Part shown: positions 11,951 through 24,884 of the stretch, piece by piece
Layout: the number at the start of each line of letters is the position of its first letter
Numbering within the stretch: position 1 is the first letter of the stretch
NCBI RefSeq assembly: GCF_963921235.1
Contig: NC_086097.1
Coordinates: 125,366,001 to 125,430,000 of the forward strand
From: Mobula hypostoma
Lineage: Eukaryota
Direction of reading: 5' to 3'
Length of the DNA stretch: 64,000 nt
Program-made: the position numbers and the translations under genes
Notes under the pieces: model-generated
Told to the model about the DNA's origin: nothing
Seen by the model: only the letters and a program-made list of their open reading frames with translations
The model's database searches: none

Positions 11951-14900
11951 ACTCTGGGTTTCCTTGTGTTTATAGTTTGATTGCTCATTTTGTGTTTGCT
12001 TCTCGTGTTATGGTCTTGAGATTCATCTTAAGGAACAATGGTTTTCTAAACAAACAGCAAGTGGAATTTGTTCTTAGCCACCCCTTAAAGAAAGTCTACT
12101 GGAATGAAGTCCATCACTACAAGTAGTTTAAAAACGATTAGAGTTGTTTCTGTAATGTCAGTTTGATGCGCCTTTTAAAAAGAAGGTCATTCGGTAAAAC
12201 TACTCAGTATAACAGGAAAAGAATACAAGCAATTTTAAAAGCATTAACACCAGTTGGAATTTAGAACATAGAACAGTACGTGTCCTTTTAGACATTTTAA
12301 CCTACTCTAAGCTCAATCTAATCCTCCACTCCTACATATCCTTACATTTTTCTATAATCTATGTACCCATCTAAGACTTTCTTAAATATCCCTAATGTAT
12401 CCCTCTGTCATCACCCCGGCAGTGTGTTCCATAAACTCAGCAGTCTCTGTGTTTAAAAAAAAACTTACTTGTGACATCCCCTACAGCTCCTTCAAATCAC
12501 CTTAAAATTATGCCCTGATATTAGCCATTTCCACCCTGGAAAAAAGTCTCCGCCTATCCTCTCGCTCTATGTGTCTTCCTTTTTTTAAAGCATTTTTGCA
12601 AGGTTTTGTTGTAATTGGGGTCATGGTGGCAACACGTGGTAAATTCCCGGTAATGACAGCTTGACAAGGAGAAAATGTGATCGTGAGAAATCGCATCCTT
12701 TAATCTACTGCAAGGAAGCTACTCTTAGAATAGCACATGGATAAAAGAAAAATGGACAGCTATGTGGTATGGAAGGGTTAGATTGATCTTCAAGTAAGTT
12801 AAAAGGTTGGCACAATACCAGGGCCAAAGGGCCTGTACTGTGCTGTACTGTTCTATGTTCGGCAGGCACTAGATGGGCCAAAGGTCCTGTTTCCATGCTG
12901 TATTGTTCTATGACTCCATAACAATGAGTAGTAGAAAAGGATAGTGTTCAGTGAGTAGAAATGATCCCAAGAACTGAAACAACCTGCCATACAGACATGG
13001 ATGCAGAAAGATCTACCAGTAAAACTAATTGAACATTGTTGGGTATCTGAATAGGAGTTGCTTCTTAGTTACTAAAATCATCTACACTGTAAATATATTG
13101 ACATTTTTTTCACAGCACGTATTTTAACATTTTCTTGTATACACACACACACACACACAGGATTATCATTAGGTTCAGAGAACATACTTAGCACATTCAA
13201 ACAAGGTTAAAAACATTAATACATTAATCCTATCTGCTTTACTTCACTGGAGAGATTTCAAGGCTAATTTTAATTTGGCCAGTATTTGAATCCTATATCT
13301 TAATTTGAAATGTCGCCAAAGTGATAATGAATTCAGCTTTAAATAATCTACTGAATTATTTTAGCTATGGTGGATAAAGGCTAAGTAAATAGCATCATCT
13401 AATTGCTGAAATGAGGTAGATTAGTGAAAGGAGTGGAAGCTGAAGATCTGAAATAAAAACAAAAAGCTTCAAACACATTTTGACCTGAACACCATTTTGT
13501 GTATAACATGTTTAAAATTATTTAAAATATCAGAAATATCATATTTGGAAGGGTTGAGCACACTGACATATTCCCCACAAAAACTAATCTCTAACCTCAA
13601 TTTCAAATTCAGTTTCTTAAAATGTTTGATTGTATCATGTAACAGAAAGAAGAGTTTTGATAAGTAGCAAGTGGAGAGTAGAGTCATAGAGCACAGATAT
13701 AGCCTTTCAGCCCATCTAGTCCATGCCAAACTGTTATTCTGCTTAGTCCCATCAATCTGCACCCAGACCATATCCCTCCAAAGTCCTCCCATCCATGTAC
13801 TTGTCCAAACTTCTCTTCGATGTTGTAATTGAACCTGCATGCTGGCGTTCCACACTCGCACAATCGTCTGCGTTGAGAAGATTCCCGTCAGGTTCCCCTT
13901 AAATATTTCACCTTTCACTCTTTAGTGCTAGTCTCACCCAACTCAATTGAAAAAGCCTGCTTGCTTTTAGCCTATCTACACACCTCTTAACTTTGTATGC
14001 CTCTATCAAATCTCCCCTCATTCTCCTACGCCCCAGGGAATGAAGTCCGAAACTACTCAACCTTTCCCTGTAACTTGGGTCCTCAAATCTGTACTCCTTC
14101 GATCTCATTCATGTATTTCCTGTAGATACTAGTTGACCAGAACTGCACACAACACTCCAAATTAAGCCTCAGCAATATCGTCAACATAACATCCCAACTC
14201 CTGGACTCAATACTTTGATTTTTGAAGACCAATGTGCTAAAAGCTCTCTCTACAGCCATATCTACCTGTGATGCAAGGAATTATAGATAGTTAAAGATTT
14301 CTTCAGAAAGTGGCATTTTCCATTGCTCCTTAGATTATTAAAAGCATAAAGAGCAACATGGACAATAAAAGCCCGGACCCATTACTGATAACTCACCAGT
14401 CAAAATACAGCGGGCTGGGACAGATCATCAATAGATCACAAGTAGGAACCATCAATCTATTTCCTCGTTACTACCTCCCACAGGGATTTCAAAGCAAACT
14501 TATTCAAGGTCAGTAAGAATTGCCATTAAAGAGTTGAGTTGAAATGAACGGTAAAATGAATTTACCATTAAAAAAAAGAACACGAAGAATGAAGAGATGG
14601 TTTGATAGGATTAAGTTAAGATTGCCAAAAGGAGAGTTGGATGGAAATTAAACACCAATTTCTGCGCAAATGAAGTACCAGGACAAAATGCTTCTGAACT
14701 AGAGCGGCATGCGGTCTCAGCGATGTAATAACAGCTACTGCAGCTGCAGCAACGATCTCTACTGTTTCTTTTTAAAGATTAACTTGCTTTATGTGTCACA
14801 TACATCGAAACATATAGTGAAGCGTGTCAAATCAAATCAGCGAGGGTGCATCCAGCAAGTATCGCCAAGCTTCAGGCAAAAATATAGCATACCGACAATT

Positions 14901-15135
14901 CATTAATCCTAATCGGTATGTCTCTGGAATGTGGAAGGAAATTGGAGAACTAGGAGGAAATTAACACATTATCGGGGAAAGTGTTGTACAAACTCTTTAC
15001 AGTGGCGGATGTCGAACTCTGTAAATCGATTGCACTAACCGCTACGCTACTGCGCTGTTCTGTTTAGTTTATAATTAGTCCTCATAATAAAAAAAATATT
15101 TAGTTTATTTAGTCCACATGAGACGATAAGAATTA

Positions 15136-15258
15136 TCCTGATGAAGGTTCTCGGTCCGAAAGGTCGACTGTACTCTTTTCCATAGATGCTGCCTGGCCTG
15201 CCGAGTTCCTCCAGCATTTTGTGTGTGTGTTGCTTGGATTTCCAGTACCTGCAGCCAG
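15136..15258 (+). mobile_element. Penelope-like 3' terminal repeat starting with a degenerate hammerhead motif
   Basis: CTGATGA(15138-15144)-AGGTTCTCGGTCC-GAAA-GGTC-GACTG followed by GATGCTGCCTGGCCTGCCGAGTTCCTCCAGCATTTTGTG. Confidence 0.7.
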
Positions 15259-16037
15259 ATTGTCCCTTGTTCATGATAAGAATTAACTTATTTTTTGTTT
15301 TAATTTTATATCTAACTTTCTTTCCCATCATGCAGCGGTACATGAGGCAGAAGAGAAAAATAAAGCATTTTCAAGCTTTGCAACTAAGCTTGTTCACTTC
15401 CTGAAATGATGTTCAGCTATCCGGGGCACTGATCTACAGTCGTGCCTCTGTGCCTAAGTACGCGTTCCAATTGCTGCATTGACGAATCTTGGCAACCCCA
15501 GCAAGGGCTGAAAACACATAGCACCAAAGGTGAATTTCCTGCCCACTGTACATTTTGTGGTGTCAAATTAAAGGTGTCCACTTAGATACCAACCCCCCCC
15601 CCCACTGCTTGATGAGAGAGAAAGTTAAGGGTGAAATTTTTTAAAAATCATTCTTATGGTCTCATGATAATTAAATAATTAGTCCCCTTCCTTCTATTCT
15701 CCACTCCCCATTCTTTTTACTTCTCACCTGCATATTACTTTCCGTTCGGTCCCCTCCTCGATCCCTTTCTCCCATGGTTCACTTGCCTCTGCTATCAGAT
15801 TCTTTCTTCTCCAGCCCTTTACCACCTGGCTTCACCTATCACCTTCCAGCCAGCCTCTTTCCCCTCCCCGCACCTTTTTATTCTGGCATCTTCCCCACCC
15901 CCCTTTCCTTCTCAGTCCTAAAGAAGAGTCTTGGCCAGAAATGTCGGCAGTTTAGTCTCTTCCATGGATGCTAGCTGACCTGCTGAGTGGTTCCAGCATC
16001 TGCAGACTACCTTATGTTTGCAATCAGTTCCATTGGG

Positions 16038-16250
16038 GTGGCGTGCTAGGGGTAGCGGTTAGCATAATGCTATTACAGCGCCTGCCACCCAGGTTCAATC
16101 CCACCGCTGGCTCTAAGGAGTTTGTACGTTTCCTCTGTGACCGTATGGGTTTCCTCCCACATTCCAAAAAGACATACAGGTTAGTAGGTTATCTGGCTAC
16201 GTGGGTGTAAGCGGGCTCACTGGGCCGGATGGGTCTCTAGGTAAATAAAA
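16038..16250 (+). mobile_element. tRNA-derived V-SINE (one of several copies: also about 6830-6995, 14900-15055, 17350-17560, 18450-18620, 35650-35790)
   Basis: A-box-like GTAGCGGTTAGC, B-box GGTTCAATCC, V-domain-like GGAGTTTGTACG...GGGTTTCCTCCCACATTCCAAA. Confidence 0.65.
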
Positions 16251-16838
16251 TAAAGATCAAATATATATCCTGTTGAGAATATATATTCCAGACTGGCAGG
16301 AATTTAATACATCAAAGATACAATGGATCAGTGGATGAATCATTGGGACCGGAGTGGTAGATGCCATTCTGTGAAGGAAGCACAAATTAAGCATCATAAT
16401 TGGATATTGGTGATGTTATGCAGGAAAGCTTAAGAAGACTGGTTGTCTCTTTTTGAAAGAGCTGAACTTTATAGATGCTGCCAGGAAAGTATGGATTCCC
16501 AATACTATTTTTATCATGAAAACAGTGAAGCAGTAATCAATATCAGAATTAAATGCAAGGATAATTCAGGGTCATTAAGAGCAGCCAACATTAGAAAATC
16601 GGTTAAGTACTGTAATCTGGAAGAAGCAACTTTTTCTTTGCACATTCCACATCTTACCACAAGTTCTTGCATTTTTGTTAAGGTAGAAATCTATTCTTTT
16701 TCAGGCTACAAATATTAGGGAATTAAACAGATCTATGACTTAAGAGGCCACCAATCTGGGCCAGATGGAAAATGGCTACCCTTCCTAATTCCACCTGTCA
16801 GCATTTGAGCAAATTCACTTCCAAGTACTTCTGACGTG

Positions 16839-17066
16839 TGTGGTAAACCATGTATATATGTTGTAACTCGGTTACCTGTCTGGACACACCCCTCTGCTGA
16901 CTGCCCCTGTGGCTCCTCCCACAGAGTCCTGTATAAAGGTGTCACCTTGCCCCTCCCCCTCAGTCCGGGGGCAGACACTCACTGTGGAGGTCGTATTGTA
17001 CAGTGAATAAAAGCCTTTCAGTATTTTAACAAACCTCAGTCTTTTGGAGTAATTGAAGGTGCTTCA
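16839..17066 (+). mobile_element. Solo LTR (228 bp), probably Gypsy- or ERV-derived
   Basis: TG...CA termini, perfect 5-bp TSD ACGTG (16834-16838 and 17067-17071), TATAAA at 16932-16937, AATAAA at 17006-17011. Confidence 0.85.
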
Positions 17067-18839
17067 ACGTGTGATGTAGATTTCTGCCTCTACCACCTCA
17101 TCTAGGTGGAAACAAATTTTTATCTTTACTCCTCCAACCCTTCTGTCAATTATTTAAAGTCTATGGCATTTAGTTTTTTGACTTTTCAAGTGAAAAAGTT
17201 CCAACTATTTACTATATTTAAATCTCTCAATGTTACACTTAATTAAGTCTCCCTTTGATGTCCTCTTATTCAAGGGAAGTAATCCCAACCAATCTAATCT
17301 ATCCACATAGTCAAATGTTTCCACTCCTAGCAACATCCTTATATGGTTATGTAGCAGTCAGTGTAACGTTATTACAGCGCCAGGTTCCATTCCTGCCGCC
17401 GTTTGCACATTTTCCCTGTGACTGCATGGATTTCCTCCAGTTCTCCCCCTACATCCCCAAGACATGTGGGATAATAGGTTAATTGGTCATATGAATGTGA
17501 TTGGTCAGTGTGGATTTATTAGGCCAGAAGGGTCTGTTACCATGCAGTTTCCTTAAATAAAATTTAAAAAATTAAAAACACTGTGCACCTTTCAAACTGT
17601 CATCTAGCTAGCACTGTATACATTTCTAGCAAAAGGTATCTGTTCTTATGTTCTACACTTAATAAAGAAAAGCAGCCTATTTTCCTTTGTAACACTTTAT
17701 CAAGCTGGTTTGTTATCTTTAAGGATAAGTACAGATGAACTCCAAAGTCCTTCTGTTGCACCAGTATCTTCCCAGTTGTGCATTTCCCTGCCCTGTTGCA
17801 CCTTCCCAAACATATTACTACTGCACGTTTTTCTGCATTAAATTCCATTTACCACTTTCCTGCAGAACATGTTTTTCCAGCTTAAATCTTTCCACCTCAC
17901 TGTCGACTACTCAGCCTATTTTTGTATCACCGTTTAGCACAAACTAGATGTCACTGTGCTGTAGTGCTCTAAGACTCTATATGCTGGCTACTCATCGCAG
18001 CTGGAATGGATTTTAAAGGATCAACAACAGCTCTTGCATAATCCACATCTTGCAATCCACATTACCAACTCATCCAATATACTTAAAACTTGAGCATTAA
18101 TGCTATTTGATGAAGGAGATAGTGAGCAGAAAAAATTCTAAAGTTTCCACTTTAGATATTATGTAAAGTTCTTCTCTATTGACATCGTTTAAATTTTTCC
18201 CCTGTTCCATTAATGCATATCTCAATCCCCACTCTGCTGATCCAAAAAAAAGCCACCTGCTTCCAGTGAGTGTCCCATTAGAGTGGAGAGGCACTGTAGG
18301 TCCTCTTAGCAGGGAGCTCAGTAACCAGGAGAAAAACTTATAACAATTTGTAGAGATGAATGAGGAGAATGATTTTCACTCATAGGATGATAGAGGCAGA
18401 AAGAGTCTTAATCCAAAAGGCCATTACGCAGGAACTGACGTGGTGTTACAGTGGCTTGCCTCATACCTCCAGGGATCCTGATCTTAAACACTGCTTGTGA
18501 AGTTTCTACAGTCTCCCCATGACCACGTGGGTTACCTCTGACATCCCAAATGCTTGCAGGCTAACCGGTAACCGGAAATTGTCCCTGGTGGTAGGAAAAT
18601 CACAGGGAGTTGAAAGACATGTGAGAGAGAACAGGTTACAGGGAAGTAAGTGGGGGAATGGGACTGCTCAGAGTTGGCTGTGATCAAATGGCTCCTTCGA
18701 TGAGAGAATTAGGGAAGAAGGTGGGAGTGGTACGTGGCAGGTGTGACAGAAGCTCTCAGATAAGCATATGGATATACAGCTATTACTGGGGTAGAGCAGT
18801 GCTGCAGATAAATGATTCTTGAGAAACAGTGAGCAGACT

Positions 18840-20261
18840 GTTTAGCAATTAAACTTTTATACACATTGTGAACTGCTTAATTTCACCTGGCAAATGAGAC
18901 TCAAAAGATACAATAATAAAGATTTCTATAGAACCAAGATACACTTGTGATTATTTTACTACAATTTAAATTGTTATAATAAGGCCTGCAGACCTGCAAG
19001 TGCTCCAGAAAACGTATTTTTTAAAAATGTCAACATGCACTTCTTGTACACTCGTGTTCCTATTATCAATTCTTATGTCTATAATTGCAATGGACCCTGG
19101 ATACATATGCTTGTCCAATTCCAATTAGACGTCCCACAAATGGCAGTGCTGTAGTGTCTCAGTTTCGATACACTTAGCTCTCCAGTACCTACTGGTACTC
19201 TTATGCTCCAACTATTGTAACTCTACTTCCAAATTTGACTCACTTTGTTAATTATTTAAACTATAAATTACAAGGTAATTTAATAAAAGGACATAACTTT
19301 CAAATGAATTGCACCTAAGTGCCCCGTCCAATTATCTCTTGTTCTTTTCATCTGAAGGCTAACAGTCGTTCTCAACTCCCGGGCCATCATTTGCAGCAGT
19401 CGATGGGAAAAAAAAGACACCAAGATATATAAACCGTGGCTGCCACCGGCCCTGTTTCTTGTCTCTGCCAAAGTTGAAGATTTTGTTTCAAAGGCAGTGA
19501 AGTGTTACATGAAAACACTGGCAGTGAATTTCCGACAACCTCGTGCGAGGGTGCTATAAAATAGGATGAGAAGCAATTCTGCTCGTTTTCCTTTGTATCC
19601 CCTAAACTAAATATTTGTCAGACTATGACTTGCAATTTGTTTTGCAGACAGCAATTCCAACACTAATTCATGGGGACTCCCATAATCAACTTTACACTCT
19701 ATAGGAATTGAATCTCAGTAGATCAGTTCTCAATTTTAACCACATTGGCTTTAACTAACATGAATATACAGTGAATATCAGTATCATTCATTTTCACAGG
19801 GTACAAACATCCACCTGACTGACTTATGCTTGTTTTCACATCATTGATAATTTTTCCATATAAAGAAAGAGATCACTGACTGATTGGTGAACATGTATCT
19901 CCCACATACATAAATATTGGTTCTTGTTAAACTCTGCAACCAAGAGGCACAAGGCCTTCATGAACAGAAATAAAATTAAAGCCTCTTTCTATTTCCAATT
20001 TAAAAAAAGAACGTTAAGATTTTTTGATTAATGTAGATATAAGTATAGTAACAATGCCTTCACACAGCCAAAAACGCTGTGTAATATATTTTCAGACAGC
20101 ATTTAAATAAACAGCCAGTTACAAATTGAGAATTATAAAAAAAAACAGATAGGCTGAACAATGTCAGATGTTGGCCATGAAGATGTGACTGAGTCGCCAA
20201 TGACACAATGGCAGGAAGCCGAAACACAGCCACACCGACTGTCGTTTTCTTCACTTTTGAA
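18840..20261 (-). other. NCALD: Putative NCALD 3'UTR (proximal part)
   Basis: About 1.4 kb directly after the stop codon with no repeat that I recognise, in an otherwise TE-dense window. A variant poly(A) signal TATAAA lies on the minus strand at 18856-18861. The 3' end is not established. Confidence 0.5.
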
Positions 20262-20405
<144 letters not shown>

Positions 20406-20454
20406 TCAAATGGACTAGAGGAGTGAGGAGTACAGGTGAACAGGCCAGTGCTCG

Positions 20455-21003
20455 TACAAGAAAATCTGCGGATGCTAGAAATCCAATCAACAGACACAAA
20501 ATGTTGGAGGAATTCAGCAGGCCAGGCAGCATCTATGGAAAAGAGTATAGCCAATGTTTTGGACCAAGACCCTTCATCAGGACTGGAGAGAAAAAGATAA
20601 GAAGTCAGAGTAAGAAGGTGGGCAAAGGGGAGGAGGAAATACAAGGTAGTGGGTGAAAGTGGGAAAGGGGGAAGAGGTGAAGTAAAGAGCTGGAAAGTCG
20701 ATTGGTGATAGAGATAGCGGTCTGGAGAAGGGGGACTCTGATAGAAGGGGATAGAAGGCCAGGGAAGAAAGGGAAGGGGAGAAACACCAGAGGGAGGTGA
20801 TGGGCTGGTAAGGAGATAAGGTGAGAGAGGGAAATGAGAATGGGGAATGGTGAAGTGGGGGGGCATCACTGGAAGTTCGAGAAATTGATGTTCATGCCAT
20901 CAGGCTGGAGGGCAGCATTGATGGTGGAGGAAGGGAAGCCCCTTTCTTTGAAGAAAGAGGACATCTCCTTAGTTCTGGAATGAAAAGCCTCATCCTGAGA
21001 GCA
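20455..21003 (-). mobile_element. Penelope-like element, internally deleted
   Basis: CSQDEAFHSRTKEMSSFFKERGFPSSTINAAL joined directly to QPDGMNINFSNF, then a pyrimidine-rich 3' region and a degenerate hammerhead CTGATGAAGGGTCTTGGTCCAAAAC. Confidence 0.8.
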
Positions 21004-21984
21004 AAAGGAGTGTTCCTTGATTTGAAGAAATTGAAATGCTAACTGTATTATTAGTTGTTTGAAAAATGATGGAGTGAACATAGAATGGTGCCTTAAAAGG
21101 CACATTACACACTGCTCCTTCAGGGTGAGAGTGAGAGTGACCCTGCCAGCTTTGCATGCAAATGCCCATGAGCAAAACACTGTCACACAGAAGACCCGAG
21201 GTCTTGTGCATGATACATCAGACCTTGTGCAGTTCTGTGCATTGTGAGGGAAAACAATCGGATTAACGAGGAATCTGCAAGAAGTGGCTAAAAATGTTAA
21301 GGGAGGATACCAAAATGGATGAAGGAATGAAAAGAATGAGGTGAAAATATAAGTCATTCAGGCAAGGATAGTGTTAGCCGCAGGCTATTAGGAATCAGTT
21401 CAGAGAAGGGGTGGGAAGCAGAGGTTGGGGAAGGGAGTGGAAAATAAAGAGTTTAAATGAACACTAAGAAAACCACTAAAATAAAGACTTCCCCGAAAGA
21501 CTATGAAAACCTCAAAACTCTGGTATCCTGCCCATAGGCTCAAAAAAATTTAAGTTCTGGTAAGTGATGTCAAAGAGTTTACCATACATTGAATGTCACC
21601 GTGTAAACCAGGCCACGCTTTTAGTAGAGCATGACTTTTGCACTAAATACATTATGTAAACCTTAGGTCAACTGACAATATTTTATGTATAGATTCTGAA
21701 TCATCCCAGGCAGGCTTTTGTTGCTGAGAAAAGGTAAATTTTGTAAATTTACAGGTAAATACATAATTTAAAATTGCTGAAGCAAAGATATCTTAGATCA
21801 GCTGTGATTGTTTAAAATAATGGTCTTGCAGAGTGGGTCACATTAACAATCTAAATCATTACCTTGAATACCTTCAAGGTGAATGGATAGTCTGTGCAAT
21901 CATCCTTCCTAAGGAAGGGGAAAACAAGTGGGGCAACCTGGCCAAACTGGGAATTGCACTAGAGTGCTTAAAGGAGATAAGTTT

Positions 21985-22372
21985 TGGTGCTGGGACACAT
22001 CATCAGTGATGTAATCTGGGGTCATCGGGTGTTCTGGGTCTTTCAAGATCAGACACCCTCACCCAGGCAACCCGGCCAAGACTGATCAGACCCTGTCTAG
22101 TGTCCGAGCAGCATTGATCCATGGGTCACACCTCTTGATCTACAGCCATCCGGAGGCTCCCTCAGAAGCCTTGTGTTGGACCTGATGGCTCTTTTCTTTG
22201 CAACCCCTGTAATGCCCAGGAGAGAGTAGGTTCTGCACAGTGAGCAGCCAGCAAAACCTCCACACCCCTCGCTCGCATCGTGCCCTCCACCTGTGTCTGG
22301 CACTGCTCGACCAGCTCCTGGTATTTGGCTTTCTTCCATTCAAATTCAAACCAGTCTTCCCAAGCAATTGCC
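21985..22372 (-). mobile_element. HERO/NeSL-like non-LTR retrotransposon 3' fragment (restriction-like endonuclease C-terminus)
   Basis: Frameshifted WED..FEWKKAKYQELVEQC / GCGGFAGCSLCRTYSLLGITGVAKKRAIRSNT / EGASGWL matches the KxxKY and GCRGFA motifs of RLE-type elements. Confidence 0.7.
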
Positions 22373-23021
22373 AATTCTACCATTTGCAACTTATTTTTAA
22401 AACAAGGAAGAAAGAAAGAAAGGCTGAAAACGATAGGACGGGATACCATTAGGGCCAACAAGAGTTGGGAACATGCTCAAGTTATATTAAACATATGTTC
22501 AGCTCTATTGTGTCTAATTCTGGAACCACAGTTTTGGAAGAATTGATGCTTCTTTCAAGTAATGAAGTAATCATTAGAATGATTCCAGAGATAAAATACT
22601 GCAGTGAGATGGAGCTGAAGCTAACAGAGAAGAAAACACACAAAACACTTCCAGAAGAAAATTGGAGAACTCTCCTTACATTTTTTTCCATTCTGATTGT
22701 TTTTTTCAGTTACTAAGTTCCTTGAAAGAGTACAATGGAAGACTATATTTAACTGTTCCCCAGGGCTGTCTAGCATGCCATTCCTCAAGGATCTATAATT
22801 GATTAACAGTGTACTCAGTCTGTCACTGTAAGGGTTTTGCAGCACTGCCCTCTACAGAAACTGGAGGGAATAAGAAAATGATTTGGGTATTGCCTCATGC
22901 AGAAAGAATCAGTGGGTAATCTACCTGCCATAAATGTCACAGAATGAGTCAGTGTCATCTGATAAAATTGGGATAAATATATATTTAATAAGATATTCTT
23001 TCAACTAGGTTCCAAGGTTGT

Positions 23022-23595
23022 CAAGCCGAGGAGTGTTCGTGGGGATAAGCTCCCACTACCTAAAAGTGCTCCTCACGGCATGCACCTCAAATAGCCTCTG
23101 ACAACCAAGTCCAACTCCTGGCCTTCTTGTGTGGCTTAGCCTCGCAGCCCGGTGGAACTGTTTCTACTGACAGGAGAAGGGGCGAAGGTGGGTCCTGGTG
23201 CCTTAAAACCAGTGCTTCAGGTAGGTGGAGCTCGTCAGCCTGGGAAAGCAGTCCATCTAAGAGAGGGAAAACTCTGATTTCAAACCTCCGCTGCCTTGCG
23301 GCCATACCCACTCATTGGAAAGGCTTCAGGAGTAAACCCTGAGGACAAATCCGGAGCTGGAGCCCCTAAGGCAGTCCGACGTTGCCTTCAACCTCGTTCT
23401 GACAACTCCTGCGACGACACTGGTGCCAAGTTGTATCGGCCCTTGCCCTTCCCTTGGACAGCATCGGTGTTGTGGAGAGGGGAGACTTGCTGCATGGACA
23501 ACTGCCGGTCTTCCATACAACCTTGCCCAGGCCTGCGCTCTGGAGAGGACTTTCCAGGCGCAGATCCATGGTCTCGCGAGACTAACGGATGCCAC
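23022..23595 (+). mobile_element. Non-autonomous RTE-related retroposon
   Basis: Contains CTAAGAGAGGGAAAACTCTGATTTCAAACC, which resembles an RTE 5'UTR motif; its last approximately 190 nt match the tail of the SINE at 5244-5560. Confidence 0.5.
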
Positions 23596-24301
23596 CACCG
23601 TCTTTCAACTCAAAGCAATATAAAAGGTCTTCACAGTACAGAAAACTTTAATTTGTAATTTTAAGTTATCCATATGGAATTTAACTTCGACAAATTTGGA
23701 GTGATGCATTTTGGGAAGGAAGGCTCAGTTAATGTCAGGGCTGTGGGGAGTGTTGTAAAACAGACAGACCCCCAGGGGTACAAGTACACAGTACTTCTGA
23801 AAGTGGTGACACAGGTAGACGGGGTGTGAAGGCAGGTTATGACAAATTAAAATGTGAGCTAACAATAAAATACAGAACAACTTGATCAATACCTATGGAA
23901 GAAAAATCTCAGTTAACATAGTATACTTACCGTTTGTTAACTGAACGTGTTGGTAATAAAGCTGCCATTCAACATATGTTGAACTTTACTTAAATGCAAC
24001 TATCCTTTCAAGAAGCTTTTCATAAAATACTATTATAAGGTATAAACACCATGAGGAAAACAAGATCAGAGACAATGGGATATAGCTGTCAACTAGCAAT
24101 GCTTCTATTCAAATGCTGAAAATGGCTGTATTACTCTCCATTAGTTACAATCTCCAGTATAAAGTTACAGCATTAAAATATTCTGAAAGTTGGAGCCTAT
24201 ACATTTTTGATTCAGTACTTGAGTGAATATTATAAATTGGCCATGACATGAAGGTAGTAAGGATGGAGGTGCTTAGCGCTCAAAGGAATTTATTGACTCA
24301 C

Positions 24302-24407
24302 CATCACGGTTGGTGTCCATCTGTCTGAAAATTTTTTCTGTCCTTTTCTCAGGTGTAGACTCATCTTCAGGCATTCTCATCACCGAAGAAACCATTTTAT
24401 AGATTGC
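24302..24407 (-). CDS. NCALD: Neurocalcin-delta, second coding exon (106 nt)
   Basis: Read manually: ttttatatag|GCAATCTATAAAATG... encodes [36 protein letters not shown], then donor G|gtgagt. Not in the ORF track. Confidence 0.96.
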
Positions 24408-24884
24408 CTATATAAAAGGAAAGGTGTATCAAGCGGTTCTGCATCAAAATAGGTTCTGATAGGTTAACAAGTAGAGTTTAAATACAGTCTTGATTTTTGT
24501 GAACTTAGGTTAAGGAAGCAAAAATTGGTCAACTACTTTTCTTTTTTTCCCCCCGAGGCTAAGAAAACAATATCATCAATCTTCTACTACAATGTTATAG
24601 TTGCCTTGGATAGATGTAGTTCACAAGTCTTTAAATCATCTTATGTTCTTTTATTATTACATTATAACAAAATCTACAGCTACCATAAACGCACAATGAA
24701 TTCTTATACGTATATACTACACTATCTCCAAGCTTTTACCAATGCATTGAAACACTTTAATGCAAAGGTCATTTATAACTTACCAAGTTTATGGACAAAC
24801 TGTCCATGGGCAGAGTAGCAGAAATAATTAAATATAGCTTTTAACTCAGGCAGCTTCTGTAAAAAGGAGAGGTCCAGTTATACC

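Noticed and set aside
23100..23180. Possible HDV-like ribozyme in the RTE-like 5' region (CTCCTG/CAGGAG as P2, GCC/GGC as P3)
   Set aside because: I could not form a convincing P1 or P1.1, and L3 is too long; a covariance search on the family consensus would be needed.
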